Shown here piece after piece: positions 39,401-47,508 of a DNA stretch of 64,000 nucleotides. Source of the stretch: Bacteroidales bacterium (lineage in GTDB: Bacteria; Bacteroidota; Bacteroidia; Bacteroidales; P3); assembly GCA_031256055.1 (NCBI GenBank), contig JAIRRI010000199.1, positions 5,272-69,271 of the forward strand, given 5' to 3'. Made by a program: the position numbers and the translations under genes. Below the pieces are notes generated by a model. It saw only the letters and a program-made list of their open reading frames with translations. It ran no database searches and was not told where the DNA came from. The first letter of the stretch is position 1, and every line of letters starts with the position of its first letter.

Positions 39401-39857
39401 TAAGATAAAGCGAAGCCTCTGTTGCTCCTCTGACTTCGAACACCTGTTCGGCAATAGTGTCCACTATCCAGTCCGGAGAATGTTCATTGAGAGCATTGTA
39501 TTGATAATGCATCATCGCCACCGGCACAGCAGTGGGGTGTATGGCTTTGTCTATTTGCTTGAAAACATCATCAGGCAAAGCCATTTTGATGTTAGTGTTT
39601 ATTTGAGATTCAAACAGCCCGTCATACAACATTTTCCAGGTGAGCATATCTACATAGGTGCTATCGCTCAGTGTGCCGTTAAAAACCTCCGGCTCTACTA
39701 ACCACAACCCATAATCGCTAAGTAAACCTGTTGCAATTTTATTTTTGTCAACATATTGAAAAATATGGTTCATCCGATTAGTAAACTCCGATTTTTGTGC
39801 GAAAGTTTGATGTAATAGAATTACACACAAAACAATTAAAGTGATTATTTTTTTCAT
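36471..39857 (-). CDS. secreted alpha/beta-hydrolase (lipase/esterase-like) with T9SS type A C-terminal sorting domain
   Basis: 1128 aa with a signal peptide and the GxSxG nucleophile elbow in VVMGVSMGGLVARIAL. The C-terminus (ITYSPNPTTDEITIEF...YTVKLFDNLGN...GTYYLHV) fits a Por_Secre_tail. Confidence 0.65.
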   Translation of the reverse strand: MKKIITLIVLCVILLHQTFAQKSEFTNRMNHIFQYVDKNKIATGLLSDYGLWLVEPEVFNGTLSDSTYVDMLTWKMLYDGLFESQINTNIKMALPDDVFKQIDKAIHPTAVPVAMMHYQYNALNEHSPDWIVDTIAEQVFEVRGATEASLYLTKHLFAVAPKGVIFGDETVSFVFDSDLWFENVKNTIENLEINFNNESGYIKTNWDEPIDYTFKSDGVKTIYFRLTYTDGTSYTGQTNIFVGLGIRNNSKSLGNRRIDMRVPIDSTAEHSGGEIQISYNSDNVGAEIIRKPLIVAEGFDAWRIIHGEDKRWTNVTLRDFMSDTTIYEYDDGTYDTVVTHLGTINVPYHNGTGNLLDDLDLAGYDIIYLDYFDGVDCIWRNAKLFREVIEWVNANKAKDAEPNVVMGVSMGGLVARIALRQMENDNVDHETKTYISMDSPHKGANVPLGVQALVRHLENIEWLAPFIKNVFTSLGGSPNTIRDIKDIAGAIALLNSPAAKQMLIYTIDKGYNFDNPVGDVFKQELDLLGFPEQTENIAISNGSNRGTQSIPPGSHLVKQSESNGWVNVLLSLTSSTWASLSILTNYPQLLFLNFGIGSNHLKVDIEINALKNLSASTIYHGRIYVRRKLFFLLPINIDLENRKITSTSSMYAVDGAPGGLYSMEAMGVKPIEFIFKPFGINVNISVPDFCFVPTVSALALSNWETWLMHPLTNVNSPSFHSRFVPSTNELHTRFNSSARFLQRHLIGGIDGPEVICAAATYWLGNSDNLVSSWYAGSTGAFTIAHSDAYSATVIACPRGQSGNLTATMTNGIDISIPIKACDWTTGFIFGPDEMVSVPGGIVSQTQYEVLNLPSGATVSWQVGSGLASCSPSLNQNPICVQFDASSNYCGPTRLRAIVTFNDRCPTVFEKEILVGYTPDANLIGSRRHEDTVTWGRPECFFLDTLTYNGIIPNGANVLNGISQGEWKKTTEVLFRNYSAPTYLGITSCQLLASQFNSGLARIEARLQNTCGWSDWKVIEYRPGFHCLGIGEPVPCPPCLKITYSPNPTTDEITIEFDQLPDTDEPEEYTVKLFDNLGNVPRQTRFRHRHRDGKPRPIKFNTYSLPPGTYYLHVEGAGELVREQIIVVR

Positions 39858-39892
39858 AACTTTTTATTTTTAGTTCGTTAATGTTTTTTCAG

Positions 39893-40483
39893 TTAATATC
39901 GCCAATGCCAAGAAAAAATCATGTCAAGTCTACCCTTGGAAAATCTAACATCAAATCTACCGCTGGTGATTTGAATTTTCAGAACATTGCGTTCCTCATC
40001 GTTAAAGCACTGGGCGCAATGTCCTGAAAATTCAAATCTACCGCTGGCGATGTTGTTTATGGTGTCGAATCTTGTGAAAAAAACATGACCACTATCATAA
40101 GAATCATAACACGTGTTACCAAATTCAAAGCATGTGCGCCAAATCACTTCTGTTAAGTCCAATATGGAAAAAGAAAGGTATTCGTTTTCTCGAGGATTAT
40201 CTATGATAAAAAACATTTCCTGATAGTTTCTATTGGTTGATTTTGATCCAATAGCAAACTGATTTGTTTCCGGATCATAACCTGCAAATAAGAGCAGTCG
40301 ACTATTAGAAGTTGGTCTTCTTGGAACAAAAAGTTCGTCATTCACGTAACAGCCGAAAGTATGTGCTCCGGTTTGTGTTTCGGGTGGCAACTCTGTAATG
40401 GGTGGTTCTTTTTCGCATTGTGTTGCTGTGCAAAGCCAAGCAATGACAACAGCAAATAAAACGGTGAATGTTGTTTTTTTCAT
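39893..40483 (-). CDS. hypothetical lipoprotein
   Basis: 196 aa. The signal peptide has two candidate lipobox Cys (AWLCTATQC). I recognise no domain. Confidence 0.5.
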   Translation of the reverse strand: MKKTTFTVLFAVVIAWLCTATQCEKEPPITELPPETQTGAHTFGCYVNDELFVPRRPTSNSRLLLFAGYDPETNQFAIGSKSTNRNYQEMFFIIDNPRENEYLSFSILDLTEVIWRTCFEFGNTCYDSYDSGHVFFTRFDTINNIASGRFEFSGHCAQCFNDEERNVLKIQITSGRFDVRFSKGRLDMIFSWHWRY

Positions 40484-40606
40484 AATGTTTAGTTTTTTAG
40501 TTTATATTTGGTTTTCATTTTTTCGATTTAGGTTGGATAGGTAGAACCTATCTTCATAATCGGACTGAAGCTGGAGCCCAACGGGGCGTGTGTTGAATCT
40601 TCTTTT

Positions 40607-42010
40607 CTATTGTTTGGCAATTTTCGCCACCCGATTACCAATTCGCAGAATATAATTTCCTTGTTGAAATGCCGACATATCAATCGTTGTGTTTCCGTTG
40701 GCACGAGTGGAATATACACGCCTGCCATTCATATCAAATAACTCTACCATATCGCTTTGTTGCCAATCGTAATTTGTAATGTGTAGTTCGTGGAATACAG
40801 GATTTGGATAAACTTGAATTTGTTTTGTTGAAATAAATTGAGTATTTGATGTTTCGTCTATTGCATTTATGCACTCAAAATCGTTCCAAACATTTGTTTC
40901 ATTATACAAATCAATACTTTCAGGCAATACATACAAGCAACAGTTTTTTTTGTTGACACCAACAAAAGCGGTAGCATCAACACTAGGCGGAATAGGAGAC
41001 AAAACGATTACAGAAGTAAGCTTGCGACAATAAGCAAACGCCCAATATCCAATAGTTTCCACACTACGGGGAATGGTTACAGAAGCAAAGTCGCAAAAAT
41101 AAAACGCAGCTTCTCCAATAGATTTTACATTGTTACCAATAGTTATCGAAGTAAGATTCCAACAAGTATAAAATGCACGATCTCCGATTGATGTTACGCT
41201 ATTAGGAATGACCACAGAAGCGAGTTGTTTACATTCGGCAAATGCAGCTTCTCCGATGGATATTACGCCTTCTCCAATGGTTAAAGAAGCAAGTTGCCAA
41301 CTATGGCAAAATGCAGCAACTCCGATAGATGTTACACTATTTGGAATGGCAACGAAAATAAGATTTGAACACCAGAACGAATAATCTCCGATAGATATAA
41401 CGCCGTTAGGAATGGTTACAGAGGTAAATTTAGCGTAGGCAAATGCAGAATTTCCGATAGATGTCACGCTGTTAGGGATGGTGTATGTACTTTGTTGCTT
41501 ACCTGTTGGATATTGTATTAAAAGAGTTTGGTTTTTATTGAAAAGTACGCCATTTATTGAACTAAAATTAGGGTTATTTGCTTCCACATTTATGGAAGTG
41601 AGATAATAGCAGTGATCAAACGCCCAATCTCCAATAAATGTTACGCTGTTAGGAATGGTTACAGAAACGAGACCGCTATATCGAAATGCCTCCTCCCCAA
41701 TAGATATTACGCTATTGGAAATAGTTACCGATGTTAGACTCCCATAATAAGCAAACGCATAGTCACCAATAGATGTTACTCCATTGCTAATAATTACTGT
41801 TTTTATTGATTCACGAGCACTAAACCAAGGAGGAGTATTATTGACATGCCAATTTTTCATATCTCCCGTTCCGCTAATCGTAAGCACGCTGTCGTTCAGC
41901 GTAGCAGTTACGGAAACACTATCAGCACCTACACCGATGTTCCAAGTTTGTGCATTAAGATTTACGGAGCAAAGTAGTCCGCAAAGTAAAATTAAATAGA
42001 TTTTTTTCAT
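40607..42010 (-). CDS. BspA-type leucine-rich-repeat protein with T9SS type A C-terminal sorting domain
   Basis: 467 aa with a signal peptide and about 10 repeats of IPNSVTSIGxxAFxxCxxLTSVTI. The C-terminus is VYPNPVFHELHI...GNYILRI. Confidence 0.85.
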   Translation of the reverse strand: MKKIYLILLCGLLCSVNLNAQTWNIGVGADSVSVTATLNDSVLTISGTGDMKNWHVNNTPPWFSARESIKTVIISNGVTSIGDYAFAYYGSLTSVTISNSVISIGEEAFRYSGLVSVTIPNSVTFIGDWAFDHCYYLTSINVEANNPNFSSINGVLFNKNQTLLIQYPTGKQQSTYTIPNSVTSIGNSAFAYAKFTSVTIPNGVISIGDYSFWCSNLIFVAIPNSVTSIGVAAFCHSWQLASLTIGEGVISIGEAAFAECKQLASVVIPNSVTSIGDRAFYTCWNLTSITIGNNVKSIGEAAFYFCDFASVTIPRSVETIGYWAFAYCRKLTSVIVLSPIPPSVDATAFVGVNKKNCCLYVLPESIDLYNETNVWNDFECINAIDETSNTQFISTKQIQVYPNPVFHELHITNYDWQQSDMVELFDMNGRRVYSTRANGNTTIDMSAFQQGNYILRIGNRVAKIAKQ

Positions 42011-42036
42011 AGTTTTAAGTTTTTATATTTTGAATC

Positions 42037-42450
42037 TTAAAAATTCACAACTAATTCCACCGTTGTTCCCACACCCACTTCACTTTTCACATTCAGATAA
42101 TCCACATTATTTTTGATATTCGGAAGTCCCATTCCCGCACCAAATCCCATTTCCCGAACGTGTGGCGAAGCGGTTGAATAACCTACGGTCATGGCTAAAT
42201 CAATGTCGGGAATACCCGGACCTTCATCTTCTAATTTTATGGCGATTTTATCATTGTCTACCGTTACATAAATCATACCTTTGTGAGCATGCGCCACAAT
42301 GTTTACTTCGGCTTCGTAAAGCGCCACCACTACGCGTTTGATGATAGCAGGGTCAACATTGAGTTGTTTCAATGTTTTTTTTACTTGTGAAGATGCAAAC
42401 CCCGCATTGGTGAAATCGCCGGGCTGCACTTGATATTCAAATGTCATCAT
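42037..42450 (-). CDS. HATPase_c-type anti-sigma-factor-like serine kinase (RsbW/SpoIIAB-like)
   Basis: 137 aa with the motifs EAEVNIVAHA, DEGPGIPD and GFGAGMGLPNI. Confidence 0.75.
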   Translation of the reverse strand: MMTFEYQVQPGDFTNAGFASSQVKKTLKQLNVDPAIIKRVVVALYEAEVNIVAHAHKGMIYVTVDNDKIAIKLEDEGPGIPDIDLAMTVGYSTASPHVREMGFGAGMGLPNIKNNVDYLNVKSEVGVGTTVELVVNF

Positions 42451-42451
42451 G

Positions 42452-42796
42452 TCAAAAAACGGGTTTTATGCCGGCTTCCCAAAGAACACCGGCGGTTCTA
42501 AACATGGAATACTCGGTTTGCAAAACAATCATATCGTTTTCTCGTGCAATGTCAATCATATCTTCGGTAACTTTTTTGCCGCGAACAAAAATAACGGTGT
42601 TCAAATCGGCCATTTCCATCGTTCGGATGGTTTGAATGTTGCAAAGTCCGGTAATCAGCATGATTTGGTTGGACTTCAATGTTAATACGTCGCTCATGAG
42701 GTCGGAAGCGAAGGCACGGTCAACGGTTTGCGAGATTTTGTCTTCTCCGCAGATGATTTCTGCGTTTAAAAGGGTTTGGATTTCAGATATAGTCAT
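42452..42796 (-). CDS. DRTGG domain protein
   Basis: 114 aa with the motif FASDLMSDVL. It is a paralogue of the 34642-34974 product. Its stop lies 1 nt from the HATPase start. Confidence 0.75.
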   Translation of the reverse strand: MTISEIQTLLNAEIICGEDKISQTVDRAFASDLMSDVLTLKSNQIMLITGLCNIQTIRTMEMADLNTVIFVRGKKVTEDMIDIARENDMIVLQTEYSMFRTAGVLWEAGIKPVF

Positions 42797-42818
42797 TGGT
42801 TTATAATATATGTTGCCA

Positions 42819-42826
42819 CAAAGATA
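42819..42826 (-). promoter_or_regulatory. -7 box (TATCTTTG) for the DRTGG/HATPase operon
   Basis: TAnnTTTG on the minus strand, 23 nt upstream of the ATG at 42796. Confidence 0.5.
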
Positions 42827-42873
42827 AAAAAATTGTTTGACATAAAAAAGTTGTCAAATTGAAAAAAAATTCG

Positions 42874-42881
42874 TAACTTTG
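42874..42881 (+). promoter_or_regulatory. -7 box (TAACTTTG) upstream of tRNA-Leu(GAG)
   Basis: TAnnTTTG match 18 nt upstream of the tRNA 5' end. Confidence 0.5.
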
Positions 42882-42898
42882 CAGTCCTTTTCAAAAAA

Positions 42899-42982
42899 GC
42901 CCGGATGGTGGAATTGGTAGACATACCACTTTGAGGGGGTGGCGCCGGTTACGGTGTGCAAGTTCGAATCTTGTTCCGGGCA
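42899..42982 (+). tRNA. tRNA-Leu (anticodon GAG), class II
   Basis: Hand-folded. Acceptor is GCCCGGA/TCCGGGC. The anticodon stem CCACT/GGTGG carries the loop TTGAGGG. There is a long variable arm and a T loop TTCGAAT. Confidence 0.9.
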
Positions 42983-42991
42983 CGGAAAATA

Positions 42992-43018
42992 AAAAAAGCG
43001 GTTTAAAACCGCTTTTTT
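42992..43018 (+). terminator. rho-independent terminator after tRNA-Leu(GAG)
   Basis: AAGCGGTTT-A-AAACCGCTT stem followed by TTTTT. Confidence 0.75.
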
Positions 43019-43154
43019 GCATATTTTGAAAAAAATTATGCAGAAGTGAAACTTTTTGTGTTTAGTTGCGTAAATTTAGATAAACAAAACACAGACATTG
43101 TGAGAACATTATTTAATCGAAAAAATTGTTAGTTAATATATTTGGTTTGGTGCA

Positions 43155-43180
43155 TAGGGGTCGAAAATTTTCGACCCCTA
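43155..43180. terminator. perfect palindrome TAGGGGTCGAAAATTTTCGACCCCTA followed by a T-run on the + strand
   Basis: Read directly from the sequence. It lies 8 nt from the stop of the minus-strand OmpA-family gene and belongs to the TAGGGG...CCCCTA hairpin class. Confidence 0.6.
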
Positions 43181-43187
43181 CGTTTTT

Positions 43188-44162
43188 TTAATTCCCCAAA
43201 ATATTGAACAATTCATCTAATCTTGGTGTCAAAATAATTTCTGTTCGACGGTTTCTGGCTCTATTTTCAGGTGTATCATTTGCAACTATGGGCATCCATT
43301 CTCCACGACCTGCGGAAACCACCCGTGAAGGTGAAACACCTTTGTTTTCAAGCAAAATACGCGTAATCGCCGTTGCGCGCATCACACTCAAATCCAAATT
43401 ATCTCTCACATCGCCTCTACCTCTCATCGGAACATTGTCCGTATGCCCTTCAACCATAACACTGATTTCAGGATTTTGCGCCAAAATCGTAGCCACTTGG
43501 CGAACTGCTCTTTGACCTTCTGCATTCACTTGCCACTGACCGGAAGCAAAAAGCAATCGTTCATCCATCGAAACATAGACTTTTCCATCTTTTGTGTAAA
43601 CTGTCAAACCTCTGTCGGTAAAGCCGAGTAGGGCTTCCATAACTTTGTCGCGCAAGGCTCTCATCTCCGATTCACTTTTGTCCAAAATGGCTTGAAGTTC
43701 GTTTACACGTTGTTCTTTTTCGCGAAATTCAGCCATCAAGCGATTTAATTCGCGTTGTTGGTCTTGCAATTCGGCTTCGCGTTTCAACAGATTATCGCGA
43801 GAGGCTTGCAATTCCTGCAAAAGTTTTTGGTTTTCTTGGCGATTTCCGGCAACGGCAGTAGCAAATCTGGTGCTTAGATCGTCGTATTCGGATTGCAGAC
43901 TTTCCAAATTCGCTTTGGCCAATCTATAATCGGTTTCCATGTCGTCATACTCTTTTTGCAGTTTGGCTAACTGATTGGTTAATCGTGCAATCTCGGCTTT
44001 CAACTCATTGATTTGAATGCTTTGATTCAAATTGTCTTGCTCTAATTTCGCCGCTCTCGACGAGGTTTCGTTGTACTTTGTTTCCAAATCTCTGAACTTT
44101 TGCATACTTACGCAAGAGGTGAAAACAAAAATGATTGCTGATAAGGTTAAGATTTTTTTCAT
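43188..44162 (-). CDS. OmpA/MotB-family lipoprotein with long coiled coil
   Basis: 324 aa with the lipobox FTSC and a coiled-coil middle. The C-terminal OmpA-like domain carries GHTD...RA..V...L, NRRTEI. Confidence 0.85.
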   Translation of the reverse strand: MKKILTLSAIIFVFTSCVSMQKFRDLETKYNETSSRAAKLEQDNLNQSIQINELKAEIARLTNQLAKLQKEYDDMETDYRLAKANLESLQSEYDDLSTRFATAVAGNRQENQKLLQELQASRDNLLKREAELQDQQRELNRLMAEFREKEQRVNELQAILDKSESEMRALRDKVMEALLGFTDRGLTVYTKDGKVYVSMDERLLFASGQWQVNAEGQRAVRQVATILAQNPEISVMVEGHTDNVPMRGRGDVRDNLDLSVMRATAITRILLENKGVSPSRVVSAGRGEWMPIVANDTPENRARNRRTEIILTPRLDELFNILGN

Positions 44163-44198
44163 ATTTTTGATTTTTTAGTTGTTTAATTGGGCATGGGC

Positions 44199-44249
44199 GT
44201 TTCGACTACGCTCAACCACCGCAGCACGGTCGTTGAGCGTAGTCGAAAC
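44199..44249. repeat. palindromic repeat GTTTCGACTACGCTCAAC-N15-GTTGAGCGTAGTCGAAAC
   Basis: 18-bp perfect arms of the same family as 34587-34626. Confidence 0.8.
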
Positions 44250-45017
44250 CTAAATTTTCAATTCTGCTTCCACCGGACAGTGGTCGGAATGCATCGCCTC
44301 AGGCATGATAGACGCTGAAACCAGATTTTTTTCAAGGTTTTTGGTAAGCATGATATAATCAATCCGCCAGCCTTTATTGTTGGATCGGGCATTGAAGCGA
44401 TATGTCCACCACGAATATTGGTGTTTGGAGTCAGGATTCAGAAAACGAAAGGTATCAACAAATCCATCTTCGATAAATTCACTCATCCATTCGCGTTCTT
44501 CCGGTAAAAATCCCGAATTTTTGGTGTTGCCTTTCGGATCATGGATGTCAATCGGTTCGTGGGCAATGTTGAAGTCTCCGCAAATTACTAATTTTTTACG
44601 AGTGGTTTCAAGTTGTTTGATATAGTGATGAAAATCATCTAACCACTGCATTTTGAAGGATTGGCGGTGATCACCCGATGTTCCCGACGGGTGATACACG
44701 CTAATCACTGAAACATCGCCGAAATCCGCACGAATTAAACGACCTTCACTGTCGTATTTATCCATATTCATGCCATATTCAACATGAGTTGGCTCTTGTT
44801 TCGTCAAAATCGCCACACCGCTGTACCCTTTTTTTTGTGCCGAAAAATAATAGCAATGATAGCCCAAACTTTGAAAATCCAGCGTTGGAATTTGATCGGG
44901 TTGCGCCTTAGTTTCTTGCAAACAAACCACATCGGGATTGACGTTTTCCAACCAATCCAAAAATCCCTTTCCAATAGCAGCTCGAATTCCGTTTACGTTG
45001 TAAGATATTATTTTCAT
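44250..45017 (-). CDS. xth: exodeoxyribonuclease III
   Basis: 255 aa with the motifs MKIISYNVNGIRA, CLQETK, GDFNIAH and SDHCPV. Confidence 0.93.
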   Translation of the reverse strand: MKIISYNVNGIRAAIGKGFLDWLENVNPDVVCLQETKAQPDQIPTLDFQSLGYHCYYFSAQKKGYSGVAILTKQEPTHVEYGMNMDKYDSEGRLIRADFGDVSVISVYHPSGTSGDHRQSFKMQWLDDFHHYIKQLETTRKKLVICGDFNIAHEPIDIHDPKGNTKNSGFLPEEREWMSEFIEDGFVDTFRFLNPDSKHQYSWWTYRFNARSNNKGWRIDYIMLTKNLEKNLVSASIMPEAMHSDHCPVEAELKI

Positions 45018-45147
45018 ATCACAAAATTACGCAAAAAAATAAGAAGATTTTAGTATATTAAGTGTTGGTTTCTAACAAAAGATTGTTAAAACGGAAAAAC
45101 TCTTATCTTTGTGTATGAAATTAGCTATTAAAGACCATCTTTCTAAG

Positions 45148-45221
45148 TGGAGAGTAACGGAATCGAACCGTCGACCTTTTGACTGCCAGTCAAACGCTCT
45201 AGCCAACTGAGCTAACCCCCC
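45148..45221 (-). tRNA. tRNA-Ala (anticodon GGC)
   Basis: The reverse complement is GGGGGGTTAGCTCAGTTGGCTAGAGCGTTTGACTGGCAGTCAAAAGGTCGACGGTTCGATTCCGTTACTCTCCA. It carries the G3:U70 identity pair and the anticodon loop CTGGCAG. A -7 box TATCTTTG lies at 45241-45248 on the minus strand. Confidence 0.9.
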
Positions 45222-45284
45222 ATTCCTAAATTTTGGAATGCAAAGATACAAAAATTATTTGAGATGTCAAAATTTAATTTTATG

Positions 45285-45365
45285 CTGTCATTCCGGGCAT
45301 AGTCGAGGAATCCCCCTTGCTATGGGATGTTTCGACTACGCTTCGCTCTGCTCAACATGACAACA
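45285..45365. repeat. composite GC-rich intergenic repeat
   Basis: GTCATTCCGGGCATAGTCGAGGAATCCCCCTTGCTATGGGATGTTTCGACTACGCT... shares its core with 22106-22169 (reverse orientation). It shares GTCATTCCG..GAGGAATC with 60869-60912 and TCGAGGAATCCCC with 62671-62722. It shares TTTCGACTACGCT with 34587 and 44199. Confidence 0.7.
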
Positions 45366-45396
45366 CCTCGTATTTTTTTTGTATCTTTGCAAAATT

Positions 45397-45915
45397 ATGA
45401 GCAAAACCATTTTTTACAACCATACTCCAATAACTCTTGACAAATCGAGTTTTAAATCGCTTGAAAAAGCATTCAAAACGATTAAAGCCGGAGGTGGATT
45501 GGTCAAAAATTCAAAAGGCGAGTTTTTGCTGATTTTTCGAAAAGGACATTGGGATTTACCGAAAGGAAAATTGGATAAAGGTGAAACTATCGAAACTTGC
45601 GCACTTCGCGAAGTACAAGAAGAAACGGGCATTTTAAAGTTGTCGATCGTGAAGAAACTACCCAAAACGTATCATCTTTTCACCGATGTAAACGGTGAAA
45701 TTATTCTAAAAAAATGCTACTGGTTTGAGATGGAAACCGATGATGAACATCCTCTAAAACCTCAACTTGAAGAAGAGATTTCAGAAGCGGTTTGGTGTTC
45801 ACAAGAAAAAATAAATTCTCTCAAACCATTGATGTTTCCAACAATTCGACAATGCTTCGAATACTATTTCTCAACCTCGAAAATCAGTTTTTGGAACCGA
45901 TTATTCAGAAGTTAG
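45397..45915 (+). CDS. NUDIX hydrolase
   Basis: It carries the Nudix box GKLDKGETIETCALREVQEETG. The start is set at the ATG at 45397, just after the -7 box TATCTTTG at 45382-45389. Confidence 0.85.
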   Translation: MSKTIFYNHTPITLDKSSFKSLEKAFKTIKAGGGLVKNSKGEFLLIFRKGHWDLPKGKLDKGETIETCALREVQEETGILKLSIVKKLPKTYHLFTDVNGEIILKKCYWFEMETDDEHPLKPQLEEEISEAVWCSQEKINSLKPLMFPTIRQCFEYYFSTSKISFWNRLFRS

Positions 45916-47289
45916 CTGTCGAAGAGTTAACTCTAAACGTTGACTTGGCAGTTGAAAATAAAACGATTGAATAATATTGTCGGAATCTAACCAAACAGCC
46001 GTTGGATAATCTGAAATACCAAGTGCTTCAAGCGTTTCAAAATCTTTATTGAAACATAGGTAAGTAATATTTCGCAAGTTTCTCGGCTTGTTGCGCAGGC
46101 AACGATTGGGTTCGTAATCGCAATTCACAACATAAAAATCTACCGTATTTCTGAACTTTCCGGCAATATCTTGCAGGGTTCTTATTTCTGCATCGCACGA
46201 CTCGCAAAGACCATTCACAAATAAAATATATTTGTAATTTGACGATTTGGAGAAATCGTAAATCGTATTTCGCTCCGGATCCCAAAACCTGAAATTGGCT
46301 TGATGAATGCCTGGTTCATAGCGCACTAAGGTTCGAATAATAGCATCTGCCAAGTCCACATGTTCGGGGAATTTGGTTGTGGTTTCTATCGTGTGTAGCA
46401 ATCTCAAAATAGATAATTTAGAAAAATCGCTGTTGTTGTACATCTCTCTTAAGCCTAATAAAAACACGAATTCGCGAAATTTTTCGTTTTGCAAAGTGGT
46501 GTCTCGTCCCAACGAATCCAAAATAGCCGACAAATCATCAGCGCGATTAATTTGATCAATAAATTCATTGCGATTATACCTTACTTGGTTCGGAAAATAA
46601 GCCAAGTAATATTCTGTGATAAAGTCTGCAAATCCTACGTTATTATAGAGAATTGGCTTGTCTTGAAGATAGGTAAAAAACAGATTTGCCGGTGATATTA
46701 AATTGAAAATACGTTCCATATCTGCAAGGGCATAAGTCATGTAGGCATTGAAGTATTGGTGTCCGGAGTAGGCAAATGTTTCCTCAATTTGCCTTCTGAA
46801 GTGGTTGTAAGCTTCGCGAGATATACCGTCGTTGCTATAGTAGTTTAGGAGAAAATCATCATATATATTTTCGAATCGCCAAATGAGTCGGTTGAGTTCG
46901 TTCGAATCGGGTTCTTCAAAACGGTAAGATAAATACTGATCCAGTATTTGCGGATTGATCCGTTCGTCAATTCGAAAATCGAATGGATTGTAGATAATAC
47001 GATAGTTTTCACCAGGCTCAAGATAGATGTAAGTTTGATAAAAATCAATTTTGATGATGGCTCTTTGTGTTTCAAAAAATTCGGCTGTTAGTTGAAAACA
47101 ACCGTTTTTGTCAATCAATTGCTCATCAACTTTCCATTGAAATTTAGTGATTGCATCTTCCAAATACAGGCGTGCAATGCGGTTTTCAGCGCCTTTGGCG
47201 CAAGCATTAATTGTTGTTGTTTCTACGTTTTGCGCTTGTGCGAAACATACACCTGCGCATAGCAATAAGAAAAGGGAAATTTTTTTCAT
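45901..47289 (-). CDS. secreted thioredoxin-fold (TlpA/redoxin-like) protein with large N-terminal domain
   Basis: It has a signal peptide (MKKISLFLLLCAGVCFAQA) and a C-terminal LFVNGLCESCDAE CxxC in a thioredoxin-like context. I trimmed the start to the ATG at 47289, because the -7 box TAACTTTG at 47305-47312 overlaps the track start. Confidence 0.45.
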   Translation of the reverse strand: MKKISLFLLLCAGVCFAQAQNVETTTINACAKGAENRIARLYLEDAITKFQWKVDEQLIDKNGCFQLTAEFFETQRAIIKIDFYQTYIYLEPGENYRIIYNPFDFRIDERINPQILDQYLSYRFEEPDSNELNRLIWRFENIYDDFLLNYYSNDGISREAYNHFRRQIEETFAYSGHQYFNAYMTYALADMERIFNLISPANLFFTYLQDKPILYNNVGFADFITEYYLAYFPNQVRYNRNEFIDQINRADDLSAILDSLGRDTTLQNEKFREFVFLLGLREMYNNSDFSKLSILRLLHTIETTTKFPEHVDLADAIIRTLVRYEPGIHQANFRFWDPERNTIYDFSKSSNYKYILFVNGLCESCDAEIRTLQDIAGKFRNTVDFYVVNCDYEPNRCLRNKPRNLRNITYLCFNKDFETLEALGISDYPTAVWLDSDNIIQSFYFQLPSQRLELTLRQLTSE

Positions 47290-47396
47290 GGGTGGGTTTT
47301 TTTGCAAAGTTACAAAAAAAAATACAAATGGAATACTTTTTTTAATTTTTTTTGCAAATATTTAACTTCGTTGAGCTCGCACTGGTCTTTATAACT

Positions 47397-47493
47397 AATT
47401 CCATAGTCAAAGTTAAGGTTTTTTGTGCTCTGTTCTCTGTGTACGGAGTTAGTTAGGAAGTCCACAGACTAAAATAACTATAATCTTTTTCAT
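47397..47493 (-). pseudogene. vestige of an immunity-like gene 3' end plus its downstream flank
   Basis: 47397-47463 aligns at about 75% identity with 53753-53818, the last codons and 3' flank of the 53804-54469 gene. A 14-codon ORF (47449-47493, MKKIIVILVCGLPN*) ends with the same GLPN-stop. Confidence 0.6.
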
Positions 47494-47508
47494 TTTGTTT
47501 TCTTTCTA

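Noticed and set aside
42836-42858. The 7-bp inverted repeat TTTGACA-N9-TGTCAAA between the DRTGG operon promoter and the tRNA promoter, considered as an operator.
   Set aside because: It is short, AT-rich and unsupported by any adjacent regulator gene, so it could easily arise by chance.
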